The notes under the pieces are model-generated. The model searched no databases and was not told the DNA's origin. It worked only from the letters and a program-made list of their open reading frames with translations. Shown here piece by piece: positions 29,335-39,874 of a stretch of DNA of 64,000 bases. The position numbers were made by a program, and so were the translations under genes. The DNA is taken from the NCBI GenBank assembly GCA_045645205.1, contig JAZRIJ010000078.1:949-64948 (forward strand). Direction: 5' to 3'. The number at the start of each line of letters is the position of its first letter. The first letter of the stretch is position 1. This stretch comes from Eubacteriales bacterium. GTDB taxonomy: Bacteria; Bacillota; Clostridia; Oscillospirales; CAG-272.

Positions 29335-31131
29335 ATGATTTTTCCAAAATTAAATTCTCCGAGGTTTACGGAAAGTACGATCTCAGCCTTCGGCGGAATT
29401 GACAAAACTCCCGTATGCCCCGAAAACTTCTTTTTCGATACACAAAACACGTCATCTGCCCTTTTTCCACTGCTTTCAACAAGAGAAAAACGGCTCAGAC
29501 TGGCAGTCCTTGAACAAGCTCCATCTGCCCTCCATACAGTTAACGGTATTACATACGTTACAGGCAAATCCCTCTACTATAACGGAGTTCTGCAATATGA
29601 CGGACTGACGGCATACGACAAAAAACAGATAGTTTCAATGGGAAGCAAGATAATTATTTTTCCAGACGGATATTACATAAACACTCTTGAAGTCGATGAA
29701 AACGGCGTATGCGCCGACAAGGGAGAGCTGACAAACAGCGTTACGCTTGTTGACACCATTGTTCTTTTGAAGCCTTGCATTGCAGACAAGCCCTTTCCCG
29801 TCTACTCTCAAAATGCTCCGATTTCCCCCGAAGACAATACGCTCTGGCTGGATACCTCGACCGAGCCGCATCAGCTAAAAGAATATTCTGCCGACACATC
29901 TTCGTGGAATATAATAACAGCCACACATTACTCTATTGAAATAAACAAGATAAACGAGAATTTTAATGTGGGAGACATTGTACAAATATCGGGACTGCGC
30001 GAGGATCTTGACGGTGTAACAACAGTAGATGCATTGCAAGCCAACAGTATTATAGTACAAGGCAATTTGACGGACATGACCGTTCAGTTTATCAAACAAG
30101 ATACGCCTTTTACCGTAAAACAGCTTTTGCCTAAAATGGACTTTGTCTGCGAACACCAAAACAGGCTGTTCGGCTGCCGTTACGGACTGAACAATCAAGG
30201 ACAGTTTGTAAACGAAATTTATTCTTCAAAGTTAGGCGACCCTGCAAAATGGTATGACTACAAGGGACTGTCCACTGACAGCTATGCCGCCTCCTGCGGA
30301 AGCGAGGGCAAATGGACAGGTATTATCTCCCATATGGGATATGTTGTTTTTTTCAAAGAAAACAGAATACACAGACTGTTTGGAACCAAACCTGCAAATT
30401 TTACGCTTTACGAGGATGCTTATATAGGCGTAAAAGAAGGTAGTGAAAGCTCCCTTTGCCTTCACAACGGTACATTGTACTATCACGCTGAAAACGGTAT
30501 ATATTCATACTCAGGCAGTACGCCCGTTCTTATCTCAAAAAGCTTAGGCACAGAAAAATTCCTGAATGCAGCCTCTGCCTTTGGCAACAACCGTTTATTT
30601 ATCTGTATGACGGACAGCAACGGAGAACGTCAGCTTTATTCCTATGATACTCAAAAGTCACTATGGCACAGAGAGGACTGCTCGGACTTTGTCTGTCTTT
30701 CGGAAATTGACGGAAACGTCTTGGGGATAAAGAATACAGGCGGTTCTCACACGCTTGAGCTGCTTCTCTCTTCGGATATACCCGAGATATGCCAAAAGCT
30801 ATACTCAGCTACAACCGAAAAAGAGAATGCTTTTGAATGGTTTGCAGAAAGCGGTAATATCGGTCTGTCCTTTGACGACTGCAAATACCTGAACAAGCTT
30901 AAAGTGCGTTTTGAAGCTGACGCGGGCAGCTCGGTACAGCTTTATTTTCAGCTTGACTCAAGCAATATCTGGGAGGAATGCGGCTCTCTCACAAGCTCGG
31001 CTCTCGGCTCATACGCGCTTTATTTCCTGCCGCCGAGGTGCGACCACCTGAGACTGCGTATCGAAGGCAGAGGAGCTTGCAGAATATACTCTCTTACCAA
31101 AACCTTTGAAATTGTCGGCGAGGTGATGTAA
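29335..31131 (+). CDS. Hypothetical phage structural protein (598 aa)
   Basis: A long ORF in the structural block, coupled to the next gene by a TAATG overlap. Confidence 0.6.
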   Translation: MIFPKLNSPRFTESTISAFGGIDKTPVCPENFFFDTQNTSSALFPLLSTREKRLRLAVLEQAPSALHTVNGITYVTGKSLYYNGVLQYDGLTAYDKKQIVSMGSKIIIFPDGYYINTLEVDENGVCADKGELTNSVTLVDTIVLLKPCIADKPFPVYSQNAPISPEDNTLWLDTSTEPHQLKEYSADTSSWNIITATHYSIEINKINENFNVGDIVQISGLREDLDGVTTVDALQANSIIVQGNLTDMTVQFIKQDTPFTVKQLLPKMDFVCEHQNRLFGCRYGLNNQGQFVNEIYSSKLGDPAKWYDYKGLSTDSYAASCGSEGKWTGIISHMGYVVFFKENRIHRLFGTKPANFTLYEDAYIGVKEGSESSLCLHNGTLYYHAENGIYSYSGSTPVLISKSLGTEKFLNAASAFGNNRLFICMTDSNGERQLYSYDTQKSLWHREDCSDFVCLSEIDGNVLGIKNTGGSHTLELLLSSDIPEICQKLYSATTEKENAFEWFAESGNIGLSFDDCKYLNKLKVRFEADAGSSVQLYFQLDSSNIWEECGSLTSSALGSYALYFLPPRCDHLRLRIEGRGACRIYSLTKTFEIVGEVM

Positions 31132-32054
31132 TGCTTTTCAATATTTCTCTTCCCTCTCTGTCCGATATTTCCGACAAGCAGAACGCCGAAAAGATAAGAG
31201 GCTATCTTGCAACCCTGCACGACCAGCTGAGATACATGATGCTCAACATCGACACCGAAAACCTGTCGGACAGCCTGTCAAATACCATTACCACAGCGTC
31301 CGATAACGCGGAGTTTTCAAAAAACAATGTCATATCCTTAGGAGACAAAATGACGACCGTTTCCCAAACGGCAGACAAGATAAACTGGCTCATTTCCGAC
31401 GGCAACAGCGCAACCGATTTTTCACTCACAAGCTATGCCGCAAGCCTTATAGCCGATTCCGTAAACATAAAGGGCTATGTAAAATTCACCGACCTTGAAG
31501 ACAGCGGAACGACCGTTATCAACGGAAACAACATTATTTCGGGCACAGTTTCAGCCGATAAGCTTTCCGTCTCCGACCTTTCTGCCCTCTCCGCTTCTAT
31601 CGGCGGTTGGTCTCTTACAGAAACGGGAATATCAAGCAGTGATTCCGGAGGCGGCTCAATTTATCTTAATTCGGCTTCATCATCCGACTATTACTGGCTG
31701 AAAGCCAATAATCCTGCAGGATATACTACCTTTTATATAGCGAAAAACGGTTCATGTTATTTTAACGGAAGCTATATTTCCGACGGCAGTATCACCGCAA
31801 GTAAGATAACCTGCGACAGCGAAAAGCGGCTCGACCTGACAAACAACTATAACGGCATAAAGCTGGGCAGTCCTTTGATAATCACAAACGGTACTGTCAA
31901 CTGCCGTATGTTTGTAAATAATTCAGGAATTCTTACTTTTGATTCGGGCGTCGGAGACTCTATGTTCTCCTTTGCGCTCAACAGATCTAACTCGACCTAT
32001 TCACTTTCTGTCTTGAACGGTTCGGGGCAGGTCGTCGGAACTATACCGCTATAA
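31131..32054 (+). CDS. Phage tail fibre/spike-like protein
   Basis: The segments TVINGNNIISGTVSADKLSVSDL and ITASKI are typical of Gram-positive phage tail fibre N-terminal regions. The protein is Ser/Gly/Asn-rich. Confidence 0.5.
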   Translation: MLFNISLPSLSDISDKQNAEKIRGYLATLHDQLRYMMLNIDTENLSDSLSNTITTASDNAEFSKNNVISLGDKMTTVSQTADKINWLISDGNSATDFSLTSYAASLIADSVNIKGYVKFTDLEDSGTTVINGNNIISGTVSADKLSVSDLSALSASIGGWSLTETGISSSDSGGGSIYLNSASSSDYYWLKANNPAGYTTFYIAKNGSCYFNGSYISDGSITASKITCDSEKRLDLTNNYNGIKLGSPLIITNGTVNCRMFVNNSGILTFDSGVGDSMFSFALNRSNSTYSLSVLNGSGQVVGTIPL

Positions 32055-32073
32055 ACTATTAACGGAGGAATTT

Positions 32074-32439
32074 ATGAAAGTAAAATATATCGACTTATTA
32101 AGGTGTGTAACACCAATGAAAAAACTGTGCGAAAAAGAAGACATACGCTTCAAGACCGCCCTTGCCATAAGCAAGAACGTCTCGGCTATCGACTCTGCCA
32201 TTGAAAAATATCTGGAAATGAAGTCCTCGTTGAACGAAAAATATCTGATTACCGAAAACGATACCCAAATCATCAAAAACGGCTCTGAGGAAAGCTATCT
32301 GAAAGAACTGACGGAGTTAAATTCCGCCGAAACAGATGTGCAGGTCGAAAAACTTGACCCCGACGACCTTGCAGGAATTACATTTCCGCCGAAATACATT
32401 GAAAGCATTATGTTTATGCTTGACATAAAAAAGGAGTGA
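32074..32439 (+). CDS. Hypothetical phage protein
   Basis: 121 aa with a GGAGGAAT RBS. Confidence 0.55.
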   Translation: MKVKYIDLLRCVTPMKKLCEKEDIRFKTALAISKNVSAIDSAIEKYLEMKSSLNEKYLITENDTQIIKNGSEESYLKELTELNSAETDVQVEKLDPDDLAGITFPPKYIESIMFMLDIKKE

Positions 32440-32446
32440 TAAAAAT

Positions 32447-33427
32447 ATGGCTTCGTCTCTTACAAAGAAAAAATACGAGGAAAGTCAAAAGGTCAAAGAT
32501 GCATACGAAAACTACAACACCTACAAAGAAACCGAAAAACCGGATGATTATTCCTTTTCTGATGATGATATACTTTCCGGAATTGAATACGAATTATTTA
32601 ATCCCGAAGAATTTACCTACAACGTTCAAGCCGATCCACTCTATTCTCAGTACAAAAAAACATATACCGCGCAGGGGAAACAGGCTATGGAGGATTCGGT
32701 GGGCAATGCATCTGCCTTGACGGGCGGTTACGGGAACTCATACGCCCAGACCGCCGGAATAAACGCCTATAACAGCTATCTCGGCAAGCTTAATGATGTC
32801 GTTCCCGAGCTTTATGCCGCCGCTTACTCGCGTTATGAAGATGAGCTTGACAGATTGGAAAGCAAACTGGGTTATCTTACGGCAAAAGACAAGGAAGAAT
32901 ATTCGAGATACCTTGACAGATACAGCTTCTATAATGACGAGGTAAACTCTTTGCGCGACCTTTATTTGCAGGAATACAAAAATGATATAAATATTCAGGA
33001 CAGCGAATGGGAGTCGGCTTACAAGATTGCTATGGCAGAACAGGAAAGAGAGCTTGCCAATGCCGAATTGGGATATAAATACTATGCCGCACAGCAAAAT
33101 CAGGCTCAGTTCGAGGCAGAAATGGCTTACAAGCAGGCGCAGGCTGACTTAGATAAAAGGGTCAACGCCTATAAGCTCCGTTTGGAACGCGAAAAACTGC
33201 AAAATGAGGATGCTCAGTTCTGGGCTGAATTTAACGAGAAGAACCGCGAAACTCTGCGCGAAGATGAGCTTTACGTTCTACTTGGAAACGGAGGCGAATA
33301 TGAGACTGTTTCGGCATTGGACTACAACTACGAAGATGATGAGATGGTCAGATATAAGGCACTCTCTATGGGTATTGATAAAGACTTTATTGAAGCCTAC
33401 TTTGAGGCTAAATATAAACGATCTTAA
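32447..33427 (+). CDS. Hypothetical phage protein, coiled-coil, Tyr/Glu/Gln-rich
   Basis: 326 aa in the structural block. Confidence 0.55.
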   Translation: MASSLTKKKYEESQKVKDAYENYNTYKETEKPDDYSFSDDDILSGIEYELFNPEEFTYNVQADPLYSQYKKTYTAQGKQAMEDSVGNASALTGGYGNSYAQTAGINAYNSYLGKLNDVVPELYAAAYSRYEDELDRLESKLGYLTAKDKEEYSRYLDRYSFYNDEVNSLRDLYLQEYKNDINIQDSEWESAYKIAMAEQERELANAELGYKYYAAQQNQAQFEAEMAYKQAQADLDKRVNAYKLRLEREKLQNEDAQFWAEFNEKNRETLREDELYVLLGNGGEYETVSALDYNYEDDEMVRYKALSMGIDKDFIEAYFEAKYKRS

Positions 33428-33477
33428 GCTTTCACCCCTGTCCCATACACCGAATAAAATATAAAGGAGATGCTTTT

Positions 33478-33591
33478 ATGCCCACAAAAAATACTGAACA
33501 ATTGTTAAATCATAAAAAGCTTGCAAAAAAAGCTGTGTCAGCCGCAAAAGACAAAAACATTATTCTCCTGTGCGGAGGAATGTTATCATGA
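33478..33591 (+). CDS. Small phage ORF (37 aa), not in ORF track
   Basis: AAAGGAGA RBS 7 nt upstream. Translation is MPTKNTEQLLNHKKLAKKAVSAAKDKNIILLCGGMLS. An ATGA overlap couples it to the next gene. Confidence 0.4.
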   Translation: MPTKNTEQLLNHKKLAKKAVSAAKDKNIILLCGGMLS

Positions 33592-33830
33592 CGGTCGAAG
33601 TAATTACTTCCTTAGCAGGTGTTGTCGGAAGCTTTCTCGGAACTGTTGCAGGTATTATGATAAATACCAAGCTTATGAACTACAGAATTGAACAACTGGA
33701 AAAAAAGGTGGACAAACACAACAAGGTCATTGACCGCGTATACAGTCTTGAAAAACATAACGCAGTCATTGACGAGGATCTGAAGGTCGTAAATCACCGC
33801 ATTTCCGACCTTGAAATTTATCACAAATAA
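33588..33830 (+). CDS. XhlA-like lysis-associated membrane protein
   Basis: N-terminal TM followed by a coiled coil (RIEQLEKKVDKHNKVIDRVYSLEKHN...). I place the start at ATG 33588, which has a GGAGGA RBS. Confidence 0.55.
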   Translation: MTVEVITSLAGVVGSFLGTVAGIMINTKLMNYRIEQLEKKVDKHNKVIDRVYSLEKHNAVIDEDLKVVNHRISDLEIYHK

Positions 33831-33846
33831 GAAAGAGGTGCTGATT

Positions 33847-34092
33847 TTGAAAATAAACTGGAAGAAAAAGCTTACAAGCAGAAAATTCTGGATGGCGGTT
33901 ATAGGTTTTGTTACCCCATTGCTTATATCGTTTGGCGTATCCGAAAGTGTGGCTGCCGAAATCGCAGGCATAATTATGTCGGGCGCTACCTGCATAGCTT
34001 ATATACTGGGTGAAGGTATCGTTGATGCGGAGCATACGTCAGGCTCAGTTAATGCTCCCGACAACTCCGCAAACCAACCGACCGAAAAATAA
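33847..34092 (+). CDS. Phage holin (phi-LC3-like)
   Basis: TTG start after an AAAGAGG RBS. MKINWKKKLTSRKFWMAVIGFV... plus two TM segments is a typical holin N-terminus. Confidence 0.6.
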   Translation: MKINWKKKLTSRKFWMAVIGFVTPLLISFGVSESVAAEIAGIIMSGATCIAYILGEGIVDAEHTSGSVNAPDNSANQPTEK

Positions 34093-34107
34093 GGGGTGAG
34101 AAGCTTT

Positions 34108-35142
34108 ATGAAACGGTTTGGAATTGATGTTTCCAAATGGCAGGGGGATTTTGATTTTAATGCCGCAAAAAAAGAAGGCGTTTCCTTTGCCATACTAAAA
34201 GGTGGCGGCGGAGATGACGGTCTTTATAAAGACGGCAAATTTGAACAAAATTACTCTGCCGCAAAGAAGTTGAATATCCCCGTCGGTGCATATTGGTTCA
34301 GCAGGGCACTTTCGGTTAACGACACAATTTTTGAAGCTGAATACTTTTTTAACAATATTCTGAAAGGAAAACAGTTTGAACTACCTATATTTATAGATAT
34401 CGAACACAGCGATATGTTGAGTCTGGGTAAAAAAACCTTAACCGAAATCATAAAAAAATGGTGTTCTTATCTTGAAGAAAAGAAATGCTTTGTTGGAATT
34501 TATTCAACCGTTTACGCATTCTCTGCATATATGAACGACAATGAACTTTCCGACTATACCCATTGGGTCGCGCAATGGGCTGAAGATTGTACCTATCAAA
34601 ACAAAAAAATTCTCGGACTTTGGCAGTTCGGCGGCGAAACAAATCTTATCCGAAAAAATACTGTTGCCGGAATTGTTTGCGACCAGAATTATATGTATTT
34701 CGATTATCCCAAGCTTATCAAAGAAAAAGGGTTCAACGGGTTTGATACACAAACAATTAATAACATTCCTGTCAGTGCCGTCAAAAAAACAGTATCAGAC
34801 CTTGCAAAAGAAGTTATCGCGGGAAAATGGGGAGTCGGAAACGAGCGCAGAGAAAGAATTACAAACGCAGGCTACAGCTATGATGCAGTACAGTCATTAG
34901 TAGATGCTATACTGACTCCCTCTCCGTCGGCTGACTTAAAGACCGTAAGGGGCGGTGACCTCGTAAAAATAGCTTCGAATGCCACAATCTACGGAACAGA
35001 TAAAAGGTTTGCAGACTTTGTTTACTCAAGTCTGCTGTATGTTCGGGAAATAAAAAAGAACCGAGCAGTTATTTCAACTCTGCCCGAAGGGCCTGTTACG
35101 GGAGCTGTTGACGTAAAATATCTGACAAAGCACAGAACATAA
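34108..35142 (+). CDS. Endolysin: GH25 muramidase with C-terminal wall-binding region
   Basis: FGIDVSKWQGDFDFNAAKKEGVSFAILKGG is the GH25 signature. I place the start at ATG 34108, which follows an AAGGGG RBS. Confidence 0.85.
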   Translation: MKRFGIDVSKWQGDFDFNAAKKEGVSFAILKGGGGDDGLYKDGKFEQNYSAAKKLNIPVGAYWFSRALSVNDTIFEAEYFFNNILKGKQFELPIFIDIEHSDMLSLGKKTLTEIIKKWCSYLEEKKCFVGIYSTVYAFSAYMNDNELSDYTHWVAQWAEDCTYQNKKILGLWQFGGETNLIRKNTVAGIVCDQNYMYFDYPKLIKEKGFNGFDTQTINNIPVSAVKKTVSDLAKEVIAGKWGVGNERRERITNAGYSYDAVQSLVDAILTPSPSADLKTVRGGDLVKIASNATIYGTDKRFADFVYSSLLYVREIKKNRAVISTLPEGPVTGAVDVKYLTKHRT

Positions 35143-35220
35143 AGCTGAGTGAGATAGTTTTTTTTACGTACAGTCGAGGACGCCTGTCCCTACCTGATAT
35201 TAAATATTTAAACGTGCGAT

Positions 35221-35305
35221 GCTCGTCATACGGAGCGTAAACCCAGCACCGCTATCGTCATCCTGAGCGGAGGCGGTATATGCCGCCGCAGCCGAAGGAT
35301 CTCAT
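35221..35305 (-). repeat. Intergenic repeat family A copy (inverted orientation)
   Basis: tcgtcatcctgagcggaggcgg...gccgaaggatctcat. Confidence 0.85.
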
Positions 35306-35420
35306 AAATTTATGCAAATACTTCTCACATACCTCGCATCCTCTCATGTCATAGATAACAAAGACTATGCAAAAAGAACGGGTTTTATTTCACCCGTTCT
35401 TTTTGCGTTATGTTATTAAA

Positions 35421-37313
35421 TTACACATTTTTGCTAATTATAAATGTAGGAACGATTTCCTTTACAAGAGAACGCATATCGACCGAATCATCGCACATAC
35501 AATGCTTCATCTGATGCAAAACGCCGAAGAAGTGTTCTTCGTCAAACTCAATAGGCTTTCCTATGTGAATGAGCTTGTTTTCGGTAGCCTTAAGCCCCTC
35601 CTCGCTCATCAAAAGCTCTTCATAAAGCTTTTCACCGGGGCGAAGCCCTGTAAATTTTATGTCAATATCTTTGTAGGGCTCAAATCCCGAAAGCCTTATC
35701 AGGTTTTCGGCAAGATCAAGTATCTTTACCGGCTGTCCCATATCAAGAACAAATATCTCTCCGCCCTTTGCGGATGCGCCTGCCTGTAATACAAGGGACA
35801 CTGCTTCCGGAATAGTCATAAAATATCTGATTATATCGGGGTGGGTTACCGTAACAGGCCCGCCGTTTTGTATCTGCTTTTTAAACAGCGGAATTACAGA
35901 GCCGTTACTGCCGAGAACATTTCCGAATCTTACCGCTACAAACTCGGTATCGGACACTCTGTTATATGACTGAACTATCATCTCGCAAATTCTTTTGCTT
36001 GCGCCCATAATATTTGTGGGATTTACTGCCTTGTCAGTCGATATAAGAACAAATCTCTTTACTTTGAACTTGTCAGCCATCTGAACGGTATTCAAGGTTC
36101 CGAATACATTGTTCTTTATAGCCTCGTTGGGACTGTCTTCCATAAGCGGCACGTGCTTATGCGCCGCGGCATGATATACCACCTCGGGTCTGTACTTTTC
36201 AAACACCATATCCATTCTCTTGTTGTCTCTGACAGAACCGATAAGTGTTACAAGGTCGAGCATAGGATATTTGCGCTTAAGCTCAAGCTGTATATCATAC
36301 GCATTGTTCTCGTATATGTCAAATATGATAAGCTTCTTGGGGTTGTATGCCGCTATCTGACGGCAAAGCTCACTGCCTATAGAGCCGCCTCCGCCTGTAA
36401 CCATTACAACACGGTTACTTACATAATTCATTACACAGTCGAGGTCTATTCTAATGGGGTCTCTGCCCAGCAAATCCTCTATCTCAACGTCTCTTATCTG
36501 CTTTACAAAATCCTTGTCATCACCAAGACCACCCTCAACCATCTGATATATTGATGGCATAGTTTTTACCGCGCAGTTAGTCTTTGCGCAAATGCTTAAT
36601 ATTTCAGTCTTGTCTGCCGACGGGCACGAGGGAATGGCAAATATGATCTTTTTTATCTTATATTTTTTTACGTTCTCTTCTATAGTATATCTGTTTCCTA
36701 CGACCGGCGCGCGGTCAAACAGCATACCGTGTTTAGCGGGATCATCATCAATTATGCACCTGACGTTATACTCATCACCGTGCTTTGCGTTCATTTCGGT
36801 TATAAACCAATAACAGGCATCTCCCGCGCCTATTACCATAGTATTTGTCTCTTCTTCTGAGTCATCGATACTGAACAAGACTATTTTCCTTTTGCGCTCG
36901 ATGGTATATATTACCGTGCGGAAAGCAACAATAAGCGCTATGGATATTACTCCTGCAATAAGATGTATCTTTAAGTAATCAACCGCGCCAAGCTCTGATG
37001 ACAAAGCCAATCCCACTGAAATATGTATAACATACGATACCATCTGAGAAAAAACTAAGGCTATTATCAGCTTCATCATTTCCTGCAAGGTTGAATAATA
37101 CCATATAATTTTATAAATATTTAAAATATAAAGAGCCACTACATAAATGACTGCCTGAATAGCTATGCCCAAAACAGCTACGACTGAAAGCTTATCTTCA
37201 GAAAAAATATTAGAGCAGAAAATTAACTCTGCTACAATCAATGCCGCAACAGCCAAAAACATATCTATAATACGAAGCACATAAGGCTTCCATTCCTTTA
37301 TACGCAAAACCAT
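35421..37313 (-). CDS. Polysaccharide biosynthesis protein, CapD/WbpM/PglF-like NDP-sugar 4,6-dehydratase/epimerase
   Basis: Four N-terminal TM segments followed by two Rossmann-type regions (VTGGGGSIGSEL). 630 aa. Confidence 0.85.
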   Translation of the reverse strand: MVLRIKEWKPYVLRIIDMFLAVAALIVAELIFCSNIFSEDKLSVVAVLGIAIQAVIYVVALYILNIYKIIWYYSTLQEMMKLIIALVFSQMVSYVIHISVGLALSSELGAVDYLKIHLIAGVISIALIVAFRTVIYTIERKRKIVLFSIDDSEEETNTMVIGAGDACYWFITEMNAKHGDEYNVRCIIDDDPAKHGMLFDRAPVVGNRYTIEENVKKYKIKKIIFAIPSCPSADKTEILSICAKTNCAVKTMPSIYQMVEGGLGDDKDFVKQIRDVEIEDLLGRDPIRIDLDCVMNYVSNRVVMVTGGGGSIGSELCRQIAAYNPKKLIIFDIYENNAYDIQLELKRKYPMLDLVTLIGSVRDNKRMDMVFEKYRPEVVYHAAAHKHVPLMEDSPNEAIKNNVFGTLNTVQMADKFKVKRFVLISTDKAVNPTNIMGASKRICEMIVQSYNRVSDTEFVAVRFGNVLGSNGSVIPLFKKQIQNGGPVTVTHPDIIRYFMTIPEAVSLVLQAGASAKGGEIFVLDMGQPVKILDLAENLIRLSGFEPYKDIDIKFTGLRPGEKLYEELLMSEEGLKATENKLIHIGKPIEFDEEHFFGVLHQMKHCMCDDSVDMRSLVKEIVPTFIISKNV

Positions 37314-37469
37314 TTCTCCTTTAAATATTACTATACTTAGTATATATTATACAACTATTGCTTTACTTTGTAAAGGGCTTTCTTGTAAAAAACATTTACA
37401 ATTTGTACATTTCTATGAAATATTTCTAAATATATCCTGTTACTTATCCCCCATAAGCCTTACTTTTGT

Positions 37470-37600
37470 GCAAAAAACATTACTTTTTGCAGGCTCGTTC
37501 AAAATGACCAAACTATGCTCGTCATCCTAAGCAAAGGAATATAATTACTATCGTCATCCTGAGCGTAGGCGGTAACACCGCCGTAGTCGAAGGATCTCAT
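37470..37600 (-). repeat. Intergenic repeat family A copy (inverted)
   Basis: A2-A1 modules in reverse complement. Confidence 0.85.
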
Positions 37601-37659
37601 ATACTCTGTTTAACAAAAAAAAGAACGGGACTTTTTCACCCGTTCTATTAATAATTGTC

Positions 37660-38988
37660 TTATTTTACAAACTCTTCATAAATTGCCTTCATTGCGTTTT
37701 CGAGATCGCCCTCATCAACACCGACAATTATGTTTAATTCGCTCGAACCTTGGTCAATCATTCTGAGATTGATACCTGCTTTAGCGATTGCACCGAATAC
37801 TCTCGCCGCAGTGCCGCTTTCACCAACCATACCGCGTCCTACTACAGCCAAAAGCGCAAGGTTATCTTCTATGTAGATGCAGTCGGGCTCAACCTCGCGG
37901 CAAAGCTCGTTTATAAGCTCTTCGCGGTGTCCCTCAAGCTGACTTGTGCTGAGAACAACGCTCATGGTATCAATACCCGAGGGAAGATGCTCAAACACCA
38001 TTCCGTGTCTCTCAAACACCTCAAGTACCTTTCTGCCAAAGCCTACGGCAGAATTCATCATATCCAATTCAAGAGTGATAACAGAGAAATTCTTTTTACC
38101 TGCTATACCCGTAATTACACGCTCGCTGTCAACAACGTCGGTCTTGGGAACGATAAGCGTTCCGGGAGCATCGGGCTCGTTTGTATTCTTGATCTGAACG
38201 GGAATACCAACTGTTCTTACTGGGAATATAGCATCCTCGTGAAGAACCGTAGCGCCCATATAAGAAAGCTCGCGAAGCTCTCTGTATGTTATAACCTCGA
38301 TAGGCTTAGGGTCGTCAATAATTCTGGGGTCAGCCATAAGGAAACCTGAAACGTCTGTCCAGTTTTCATAGATATCTGCATCACACGCTCTTGCAACTAT
38401 CGAACCTGTTATATCAGAGCCGCCTCTTGAAAATGTCTTGATCTTTCCGTCAGGCATAGAACCGTAGAAGCCGGGAATTACAGCTTTTTCGTGAGTCTTG
38501 AGAAGACCTTTCAGAACTGCGTTTGTCTTGTCTTCGTCAAATTTGCCGTCTTCCTTGAAGAAGATAACATCAGCGGCATCTATAAACTCAAAGCCGAGAT
38601 ATGCTGCAAGTATCTTGCCGTTCAGAAATTCGCCGCGGCTTGCCGCATAGTCGCTGCCGGACTTATTTTTTATATTGGTCTTTACGGTCTCGAAATCTTC
38701 CTCAAGAGAAAAATCCTTAAGTCCGAGACCTTGTATTATCTCATTGTATCTCTTCTTAATTCCGTCAAAATAAACATCTATCGACTCATCTCTCTCTGCA
38801 AGTGAATTACACTTGTAAAGCATATCCGTTACCTTAACATCATCCTTGTAACGCTTTCCCGGAGCTGACGGAACAACATATCGTCTGTTTTTATCGGAAA
38901 GTATTATATCAGCAACCTTTTTAAACTGATTTGCATCACTCAAAGAGCTGCCGCCGAACTTTACTGTTTTTATGTGATCTCTGTTCAC
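37660..38988 (-). CDS. Aspartate kinase
   Basis: KFGGSSL motif at the N-terminus and ACT domains at the C-terminus. I move the start to GTG 38988 (AAGGAGAG RBS 6 nt upstream). Confidence 0.9.
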   Translation of the reverse strand: MNRDHIKTVKFGGSSLSDANQFKKVADIILSDKNRRYVVPSAPGKRYKDDVKVTDMLYKCNSLAERDESIDVYFDGIKKRYNEIIQGLGLKDFSLEEDFETVKTNIKNKSGSDYAASRGEFLNGKILAAYLGFEFIDAADVIFFKEDGKFDEDKTNAVLKGLLKTHEKAVIPGFYGSMPDGKIKTFSRGGSDITGSIVARACDADIYENWTDVSGFLMADPRIIDDPKPIEVITYRELRELSYMGATVLHEDAIFPVRTVGIPVQIKNTNEPDAPGTLIVPKTDVVDSERVITGIAGKKNFSVITLELDMMNSAVGFGRKVLEVFERHGMVFEHLPSGIDTMSVVLSTSQLEGHREELINELCREVEPDCIYIEDNLALLAVVGRGMVGESGTAARVFGAIAKAGINLRMIDQGSSELNIIVGVDEGDLENAMKAIYEEFVK

Positions 38989-39022
38989 AATTTTCTCTCC
39001 TTTTACACTAAATATACAATAC

Positions 39023-39051
39023 ATTATATGTCAATATATCCAATTTGTCAA
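39023..39051 (-). promoter_or_regulatory. Consensus sigma-A promoter for aspartate kinase
   Basis: On the minus strand: TTGACA, 17-nt spacer, TATAAT. Confidence 0.6.
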
Positions 39052-39284
39052 CACAAAATCCATCAAATTAACCAACATTTTAAATAATTTTTATAATAAC
39101 AATAAATTTCAGCTAACTGTTTCAGACACTTTTTAAAATAACAAACACGCCCAAGTTAAAATTCATAAAATAAATCAAAAAATCATATATATACAAAACA
39201 AAAAAAGAAAATTGGTGTGAAGCAATTTGAAAAAAATAATATTCTATTTAATAGGTATAATAATACTTATGACGGTGGTTAAAT

Positions 39285-39860
39285 ATGGTTAAAAAAACTC
39301 GCATCAGAATTGGACTGCCTACTTTTGCATTTTTTGCGGTTATTTTTCTTATGGATTTCAGTCTGACGTCAATACTTCCCTTTTTGGCAGCCTTACTGCA
39401 TGAATTAGGACATATTACCGCTATGAAAATGTGCGGTCAAAATATTTCCGAAATAAAAATATTGCCTTTCGGTATAGACATAAAAAGAGTTCCGTCTCTA
39501 AGCTCATACAAAACCGATATATTTGTTAATTCTGCTGGTATTCTGACAAATATTTTGCTTATATTACTCTGCTCCGCTCTGCCCGAAAGTGATACCGTCT
39601 CATTTTTTATCGCAAGTAATATTCTGCTTATATTTGTCAATATCCTCCCGATCAAAAACCTTGACGGCGGGCAGTCCCTCGAAAAATTGCTTGCACTTAA
39701 GCTTGACCTTGAAACAGCGGAAAATATTGTTGCTATCTGCTCCCTTATATGCATTATATTGCTTGGCAGTGTTGCGGTATGGCTGCTGTTTTATACCTCG
39801 TATAACTTTACTCTGCTGCTTATGTGCATGTACCTCTTCTGCGGAATATTCCTTAAATAA
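39285..39860 (+). CDS. M50-family (site-2 protease-like) membrane metallopeptidase
   Basis: HELGH zinc motif inside a TM helix (LLHELGHITAM), a later NxxPxxxLDG motif (NILPIKNLDGG), and multiple TM segments. Confidence 0.75.
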   Translation: MVKKTRIRIGLPTFAFFAVIFLMDFSLTSILPFLAALLHELGHITAMKMCGQNISEIKILPFGIDIKRVPSLSSYKTDIFVNSAGILTNILLILLCSALPESDTVSFFIASNILLIFVNILPIKNLDGGQSLEKLLALKLDLETAENIVAICSLICIILLGSVAVWLLFYTSYNFTLLLMCMYLFCGIFLK

Positions 39861-39874
39861 ACTAACCTTAACAT

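Larger units (their letters stand above)
19282..35142 (+). mobile_element. Degraded podovirus-like prophage in two blocks (19282-21557 and 26322-35142)
   Basis: Portal, scaffold, N4-gp56-type capsid, tail-like genes, XhlA, holin and GH25 lysin are present. No terminase, integrase, polymerase or tail-tube genes are visible. The two blocks are split by opposite-strand non-phage genes. Confidence 0.65.
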
